Source: an uncultured bacterium
GTDB taxonomy: Bacteria; Zixibacteria; MSB-5A5; CAIYYT01
Reading direction: 5' to 3'
Length of the DNA stretch: 64,000 nt
NCBI GenBank assembly: GCA_963726455.1
Contig: CAVSCK010000005.1
Coordinates: 512,001-576,000 of the forward strand
This document shows, one piece after another, positions 58,562 through 64,000 of this stretch; the stretch's first letter is position 1, and each line of letters begins with the position of its first letter. Both the position numbers and the translations under genes were made by a program. The notes below the pieces were generated by a model, which did not search any database, was not told where the DNA came from, and was given only the letters and a program-made list of their open reading frames with translations.

Positions 58562-58990
58562 TCAATTATTGAACAACTCATTCCGCACCAATTCAACGAT
58601 TGTTTCGCGGCTATCTCTGTACGCCTCCCACACCGACGCGCACCATTTCTTTATCGCTTCGTCGCGCGGATTACCCGGATGGGCTTTGAGAACATCAAAG
58701 ACCGTGATGGCGCCGCGGTCTGCAGGCAGCGTGATTGCCGGCCACGATTTCTTACCGCCGGCTAGCTTCATATGCGCGAACTGTATCTTTTTGCCAGTAT
58801 GGTTCTTCTCCACACACAGATAGAGACCAACCAGCGCGAAAATTATCGTAATCGGTTTTGTCTTATCGTCGGCATACTGCGCCGCAAACGCGTCGACCAC
58901 ATGTTGGTGAATAAAGGCGGGGCTGGAATGTGCAAGGGTATACAGAGACAGTTTGTTATATGCTTCCTGTTCCGTCAACTTCTGATTCAT
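58562..58990 (-). CDS. DUF5946-like hypothetical protein
   Basis: FIHQHVVDAFAAQ, ALVGLYL and WCASVW motifs. Confidence 0.65.
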   Translation of the reverse strand: MNQKLTEQEAYNKLSLYTLAHSSPAFIHQHVVDAFAAQYADDKTKPITIIFALVGLYLCVEKNHTGKKIQFAHMKLAGGKKSWPAITLPADRGAITVFDVLKAHPGNPRDEAIKKWCASVWEAYRDSRETIVELVRNELFNN

Positions 58991-59021
58991 GCGATTAAGA
59001 ATGTTATACGGAACTTCTTCA

Positions 59022-59594
59022 TTATCCCCCCTTGGCATTCTTCATCGCTTGAAACCACTCGTCAATTTCCTCGTCGGGATGCGTCTTGAGCAATTTCAAA
59101 ATTTCGCGTGCAAATTCCAGAGCTCCCGCACCACATGCCGTAACCAAATTTCCATCGGTAACCGCCGGCACATCACGATAATTCGCCAGACCGCTGTACT
59201 CGGGGAGATGCTTCTCCAAAAACTCTACGCTGTTGCTGGTGTGGGCACATTTGCCGAACTTCCCCAACCATCCTACTGCCAGCGTGGCCCCGCAGATTCC
59301 CGCGACCGGCCTGTCGGCGGCGAGGAATTTCTGGCCTAGTTCCGTGATCGGCTTGATTTCTCCTTCCGCCCAGATTCTCGCTCCGGGCAGGATCAGAATC
59401 GAGTAATCTTCCGGCCTGATCTTGTCGATCGAGGTATCTGGTGTGACCCTCAGCCCACCCATCGAAACCACCGGTCTTCCATCCAACGAAAATGTAACAA
59501 TGCTCGCGCCCGGCGAATCCAACATCCCCGGCAACACAAACCCCAACTCCCAGTCGGCGTAACCGTCGAGCAAAAATACGGCGGCTTTGATCAT
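59022..59594 (-). CDS. DJ-1/PfpI-family protein
   Basis: YADWE, SMGGLRV.PD, LILPG, AGICGA and DGNLVTA motifs. Confidence 0.9.
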   Translation of the reverse strand: MIKAAVFLLDGYADWELGFVLPGMLDSPGASIVTFSLDGRPVVSMGGLRVTPDTSIDKIRPEDYSILILPGARIWAEGEIKPITELGQKFLAADRPVAGICGATLAVGWLGKFGKCAHTSNSVEFLEKHLPEYSGLANYRDVPAVTDGNLVTACGAGALEFAREILKLLKTHPDEEIDEWFQAMKNAKGG

Positions 59595-59628
59595 ATCGTC
59601 ATTTCCTCAAGTTGTGACGTACGGAACT

Positions 59629-60216
59629 CTATCTTCCATAGCGAATAAGCAACCGGCAGCATTCTTCATCGAACGCGCCTTCGAGATTATGATCGCGCAG
59701 AATCAGCAGCACCGGCACCAGACTAGTCACGCGAAGCCCCGCGACAATTCTTAGCGAGAAATTCGAAGCCGTCGATGTCAGTTTGAGGCAAGGCCATCCG
59801 AAGTTTTTTCCGAACTGGATATGATCGACAATTCCGTAGTCAGTCACGTACGCCCCGAGAAGAAGTCTCTTCGAGATTGCCCAGCCGTCGTACATATTGT
59901 CACTCGTGAAGATGACCCGAAGGCGCGAAACAATCCAATAATTCAGTGTCGCCAGGAAAGCGAAGAATCCCAGTCCGATATTGATATCCGGGTTGTTGAA
60001 ACCTTCGGCTGCTGACCAAAAAAGAAAGAAAACCGCTACCACTACCAGGAACGTTGGGTGAGGGATCAGTGGTCTCCCTTTCCCTTTCGGCTTGTTTTCC
60101 CAGTTGACCGAAAAGTTTCTCACAACGAGATCGGGCGCCTCCTCTACTCGCCATGAGGAGAACCGCTGCGGCTGGATGCCCAGATCGAAATCGGATGGCA
60201 GCATTTTCTTCAACAA
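59629..60216 (-). CDS. Hypothetical 2-TM membrane protein
   Basis: ORF fills the gap co-directionally; two hydrophobic segments; start uncertain. Confidence 0.5.
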   Translation of the reverse strand: MLKKMLPSDFDLGIQPQRFSSWRVEEAPDLVVRNFSVNWENKPKGKGRPLIPHPTFLVVVAVFFLFWSAAEGFNNPDINIGLGFFAFLATLNYWIVSRLRVIFTSDNMYDGWAISKRLLLGAYVTDYGIVDHIQFGKNFGWPCLKLTSTASNFSLRIVAGLRVTSLVPVLLILRDHNLEGAFDEECCRLLIRYGR

Positions 60217-60262
60217 GTTGGCACCACCAGCGCCAAAATCGAATGTATCAGTTTGACGATAG

Positions 60263-61270
60263 TTACTTCTCCCTCACATCCACCAGCAACTTGTCGATTA
60301 TTTCCATCGTGCCGACACCGTCCGCCTCGGCATTGAACGAGGTCACGATTCGGTGGCGCAGCACCGGCTTGGCGACCGCCTTGACATCATCCACCGATGG
60401 CGTATACCGACCGTCCAGAATCGCCCGCGTCTTGGCGCCCAGAATCAGATACTGCGACGCTCGCGGTCCGGCGCCCCAGGTCACCCAGTTGGTGATATAG
60501 TCCGCGACACCGTCCTCGTTGCGCCGGGTCGCCCGCACCAGCTTGATCGCATAATCCACCACATGATCCGACACCGGCACCTTGCGCACCAACTGCTGCA
60601 AGGCGCTGATTTCTTTGCCGGTCATCATCTTGGTGATTTCATAATTGAGCACCGCTGTCGTCGACTTGACAATCCGATGTTCTTCCTGATAGGAGGGGTA
60701 ATCCACGAAGATATTGAACATGAACCGGTCAAGCTGCGCCTCCGGCAACGGGTAAGTCCCTTCCTGCTCGATCGGGTTTTGCGTCGCCAGCACAAAGAAC
60801 GGTTCTTCCAGCTTATGCGTCTCGCCCGCCGCGGTCACCTCATGCTCCTGCATGGCCTGCAACAAGGCCGCCTGTGTCTTGGGAGGCGTGCGGTTGATTT
60901 CGTCCGCCAGCACGATATTGGCAAACACCGGCCCTTTCACGAACTTGAAATCCCGCTGTCCGGTGGACTTGTTCTCCTCGAGGATCTCTGTGCCGGTGAT
61001 ATCCGACGGCATCAAGTCCGGAGTAAACTGGATGCGGGAGAATTTCAGGTCAAGTATCCGTGCCAGTGTCGAAATCAACAGCGTCTTGGCCAGGCCCGGC
61101 ACACCTACCAACAGGCAGTGACCGTTCGACAGGAGCGCGATCAACAATTCATCGATCACCTGTTCCTGTCCGATAATTACCTTGCCAATTTCGGCCTTGA
61201 TCCGCTGGCGCGCGTCTTTGAGTCGTTCTACTGCCTGCAGGTCGGCAGCTTCCTTGATATTCTCCGTCAT
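60263..61270 (-). CDS. moxR: MoxR-family AAA+ ATPase
   Basis: GVPGLAKT, RIQFTPDLMPSD, LADEINR and ATQNPIEQEGTYPLPEAQLDRF. Confidence 0.95.
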   Translation of the reverse strand: MTENIKEAADLQAVERLKDARQRIKAEIGKVIIGQEQVIDELLIALLSNGHCLLVGVPGLAKTLLISTLARILDLKFSRIQFTPDLMPSDITGTEILEENKSTGQRDFKFVKGPVFANIVLADEINRTPPKTQAALLQAMQEHEVTAAGETHKLEEPFFVLATQNPIEQEGTYPLPEAQLDRFMFNIFVDYPSYQEEHRIVKSTTAVLNYEITKMMTGKEISALQQLVRKVPVSDHVVDYAIKLVRATRRNEDGVADYITNWVTWGAGPRASQYLILGAKTRAILDGRYTPSVDDVKAVAKPVLRHRIVTSFNAEADGVGTMEIIDKLLVDVREK

Positions 61271-61460
61271 CAACTCCTCCAAAGGTCGTTGTTTTGCAAT
61301 AATCTATTTATACCTATAAACGCACCGGCTGCCGCAATTGTTTTCGCGTCCTTTGTGCCGCTTTGGCGTTGCCCCGATTTCTGCTGCCCGCCTGAATAAA
61401 CGCTCTCTCCCCGCCCGGCGCAACGGCTTTCAACGGCATTCCGTCAGCAAAAAATTTGTC

Positions 61461-61488
61461 TTGACAGTCGGATAGTTACGGCTATATT
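61461..61488 (+). promoter_or_regulatory. sigma70-type promoter
   Basis: TTGACA-N16-TATATT. Confidence 0.6.
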
Positions 61489-61622
61489 TCAAATACTGTC
61501 ACCGATGGCAGCTCGAAATTTAGATACTTTCTCATTACTGTTCAAAGGTTAGATCAACACTGATCCGTCGCTAACGTTCTAGGCAGACACTCACCGAACC
61601 AACCATTTTCAGAGGAGGTTTC

Positions 61623-63125
61623 ATGTCTAAACGTTGCTTCTCATGGGGAATGTTCTCATCAGCCCCACCGGTCGTTCTTGTGATGCTAGTCGCGCTTTTG
61701 ATTGGAATTGCGCCCAGCCTCAGTCTTGCCGCCGATACGAACGTGCGCATTCCGGAGGTCTCTAACGCTTACCTTCAGAATAATGTTTATGTCGACGTGA
61801 CCCTCGACAATTCTGCGAGTCAGCGTAACTTCGGCGGCTTTGACTTGCTGATTGCCTACGACGCCAACGCCCTTACGTTCAGCAGCGCCACTGCCGGCGA
61901 TCTGCTCCTCCACTGCGGTTGGGAGTATTTCAACTATCGATCAGGCCCGATGGGTGACTGTGGTATACCCTGCCCAAGCGGGTTTGTGCGCATCATAGCC
62001 GTGGGGGATATGGGCGGTGCAAACCCCCACCCGAGCTGCTATCTACAAGGTCAGAGCGGCGTCATTGCCCATTTGAACTTCACGATTACTTCGGACCCGG
62101 CCTTTCTGGGCCACTTTACCCCGCTCTCTTTTTACTGGCTTGAATGTTCGCATAACGCCCTCTGTTCTATCTTCGGCGATACCCTTTATGCCGATCGACA
62201 GGTTTTTGACTCGCCGGCACACAATAACATAACCGGACAGACCGGCTACGGCGGCTGGCAAGGAATCTACGGCGCCCCCGATTGTCCGAGCTTGTATACG
62301 CCCGGACACGCCCCGGACACGTCATTGGTCTTCTACGATGGTGGCGTCCAGATTTCCCCATACTATTCAGTGGACATGCGTGGTGACATCAATCGCAACG
62401 GCATCCCGAACGAAGTATCCGATCTCGAGATGTTGTGTAACTACCTCTTCCACGGAATCAGTGCCTTCCCGGTGGGATTCTCTGGGCAGTCTTTAGCCGC
62501 GTCGGACGTGAATAATGACGGGCGGCCCGGCTCATACTTGGACGCCGCTTACCTTATGCGGATCGTCTACGGCGATGCCGTTGCCTATCCGAAGCAGCGC
62601 ACTAACGCCGCCGTTGACGCCTACTTTCATCAGGACACGACTACTCACTCCGTGGAAGTGACTTTTGCCGGTGATCTTGCCGGCGCCTATCTCGTTATGT
62701 CGGGTGAAATCACTCCCTCGTACGCGATCCCCGCGGGCTTCAAGCAGGAAACTTTCTTTGATGGGCATTCGACGAAGATCCTGATTCTGGGCGATCCAGA
62801 TCACAGATATGCCAGTGGAACCTGGTTTACTTACCAGGGTACGGGAACACTTTTGTACGCCGAAACCGCCGACTGGAATGACGATTATATCGTCAGCCAC
62901 ATCGATGCTCCCGCGGCAATCTGCGGCGACTTCAACGGCTCGGGCGATATCGACATTTCGGATGCCGTCCAAGGTATTGCCTACATCTTCTCAGGGGGAA
63001 CCCCGCCGCTTGATGGTCACTTCGGTGATGCTAACTGCGACAACATTTACACGATCAGCGACGTGGTCTACTTGTTGCAATATATCTTTGCCAACGGCCC
63101 CGCGCCATGTGCCACCTGTAAGTAG
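61623..63125 (+). CDS. Secreted cohesin-like plus two dockerin-like domain protein
   Basis: GGFDLLIAYD..LTF cohesin-like; RGDINRNG..EVSD and CGDFNGSG.IDISD dockerin-like; YIFANGPAPC end; GAGGAGG RBS. Confidence 0.8.
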   Translation: MSKRCFSWGMFSSAPPVVLVMLVALLIGIAPSLSLAADTNVRIPEVSNAYLQNNVYVDVTLDNSASQRNFGGFDLLIAYDANALTFSSATAGDLLLHCGWEYFNYRSGPMGDCGIPCPSGFVRIIAVGDMGGANPHPSCYLQGQSGVIAHLNFTITSDPAFLGHFTPLSFYWLECSHNALCSIFGDTLYADRQVFDSPAHNNITGQTGYGGWQGIYGAPDCPSLYTPGHAPDTSLVFYDGGVQISPYYSVDMRGDINRNGIPNEVSDLEMLCNYLFHGISAFPVGFSGQSLAASDVNNDGRPGSYLDAAYLMRIVYGDAVAYPKQRTNAAVDAYFHQDTTTHSVEVTFAGDLAGAYLVMSGEITPSYAIPAGFKQETFFDGHSTKILILGDPDHRYASGTWFTYQGTGTLLYAETADWNDDYIVSHIDAPAAICGDFNGSGDIDISDAVQGIAYIFSGGTPPLDGHFGDANCDNIYTISDVVYLLQYIFANGPAPCATCK

Positions 63126-63158
63126 TCTGCCCTTAGTGGTTTGATTGGATTCTTGGAG

Positions 63159-63188
63159 AGACCCGGTCGCCTTGCGGCTGGGTCTTTT
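63159..63188 (+). terminator. Intrinsic terminator
   Basis: AGACCCGGTCGC-CTT-GCGGCTGGGTCT followed by TTT. Confidence 0.7.
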
Positions 63189-63193
63189 CATTG

Positions 63194-63898
63194 CTACTTG
63201 TTGTGGTCGGCGAGTGGCTTGTTCTCGAATTTGCGGCCGCAGAAGATAACCGTAGGCGTGATTTGTATTCGATACACCGCCCGCGCATTCGCCACGATCG
63301 GCTCGGAAGTGAGGAACTTCCACTCCGCCGGGAACAGGCCGTCCAGAGTCTGAACCGCCGATACAAAACCGGAGGGTCCCCCATTCAACGCATAATCAGG
63401 AATCTGACCGGTCGAACCGCTTCTGTCTGCCAGCGAGTCGCGAAAGTATATCCCGTTGATGTGATAACAATCCATCAGCCCCAGCATCCGCCCCAGCTTT
63501 CCCCAGCGCAACACTTCCACACCGATAGTCGCGCTGTCGCCGTCAAGCGGTACCATCTGTTCCGTCAATTGGTGGTTCTGATCAGTCGACTGCAATATCA
63601 TCCGCGGTGTGCGATACTCCTCGTCCAGAAAAGATATTCGCATTTCCGGAACCGATTCGTCGAACGGAATGAATTTCTCGATTTCACCGTAGAACCAGAA
63701 ACAGACTTGTGAGGCAACGATCAGCGCAATACCGGTTCCGGCCAGCATCATGTCACGATAGCCACCTTTTGCGCGGTAGTATACAGAAGTGCTGGCGCTG
63801 GTGCCCAGCCGTCTCGTGATCGAGACGAACACCAGAATCAAGCAGGTCAAGCCCGCAAAGAACAGAACTGTTCCGCCGAGGAGGGAAAAAGCACCCAA
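63194..63898 (-). CDS. Hypothetical membrane protein (2 N-terminal TMs)
   Basis: AGAGGA RBS before TTG; hydrophobic N-terminus. Confidence 0.6.
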   Translation of the reverse strand: MGAFSLLGGTVLFFAGLTCLILVFVSITRRLGTSASTSVYYRAKGGYRDMMLAGTGIALIVASQVCFWFYGEIEKFIPFDESVPEMRISFLDEEYRTPRMILQSTDQNHQLTEQMVPLDGDSATIGVEVLRWGKLGRMLGLMDCYHINGIYFRDSLADRSGSTGQIPDYALNGGPSGFVSAVQTLDGLFPAEWKFLTSEPIVANARAVYRIQITPTVIFCGRKFENKPLADHNK

Positions 63899-63944
63899 AG
63901 TCCGTCCTCTTTAATGAAGTTTAAGCACTCTAAAATCAAGCTGT

Positions 63945-63953
63945 TGTGGATAA
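63945..63953 (+). promoter_or_regulatory. Perfect DnaA box
   Basis: TGTGGATAA in an AT-rich intergenic region. Confidence 0.45.
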
Positions 63954-64000
63954 CCCTTAAATCAACCTTTTAAGTCCAGGGTTTAACGTTGTGTCACAGA

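Noticed and set aside
60353-61399. 348-aa plus-strand ORF
   Set aside because: Antisense shadow of moxR.
1-64000. tRNA, rRNA, parS sites, transposases or prophage genes
   Set aside because: None recognised by eye; a dedicated scan could still find something I missed.

Overview
A bacterial chromosome window that most likely spans the replication origin. It holds dnaA-oriC-dnaN at about 33.1-35.9 kb, with most housekeeping genes on the minus strand to its left. Several secreted cohesin/dockerin proteins and FlgD/T9SS-type tail proteins suggest an FCB-group organism such as candidate division Zixibacteria (inference). Housekeeping genes include lon, nnrE/D, rfaE1, ychF, mtaB, pepF, mrp/nfu and moxR/DUF58. 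They are interspersed with single-gene inserts: an MT-A70 plus BglII-type R-M pair, a divergent cyclase-like gene and orphan lipoproteins. Several families of GTAG-type REP/BIME-like palindromic repeats are also present. Many conserved genes carry single-base frameshifts that look like long-read consensus errors. The most interesting signals are (1) an NhaR-like LysR facing an nhaA-I-like riboswitch candidate upstream of a Zn-ribbon protein and a P-type ATPase, (2) a diverged duplicate of the DUF2914 3' end that brackets orphan cassette-like genes with small inverted-repeat elements, (3) a non-cellulolytic cohesin-dockerin protein set, (4) a pseudokinase-FHA-PP2C operon and (5) an unannotated 41-aa sORF. 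All family assignments come from motif recognition by eye; no database was searched.
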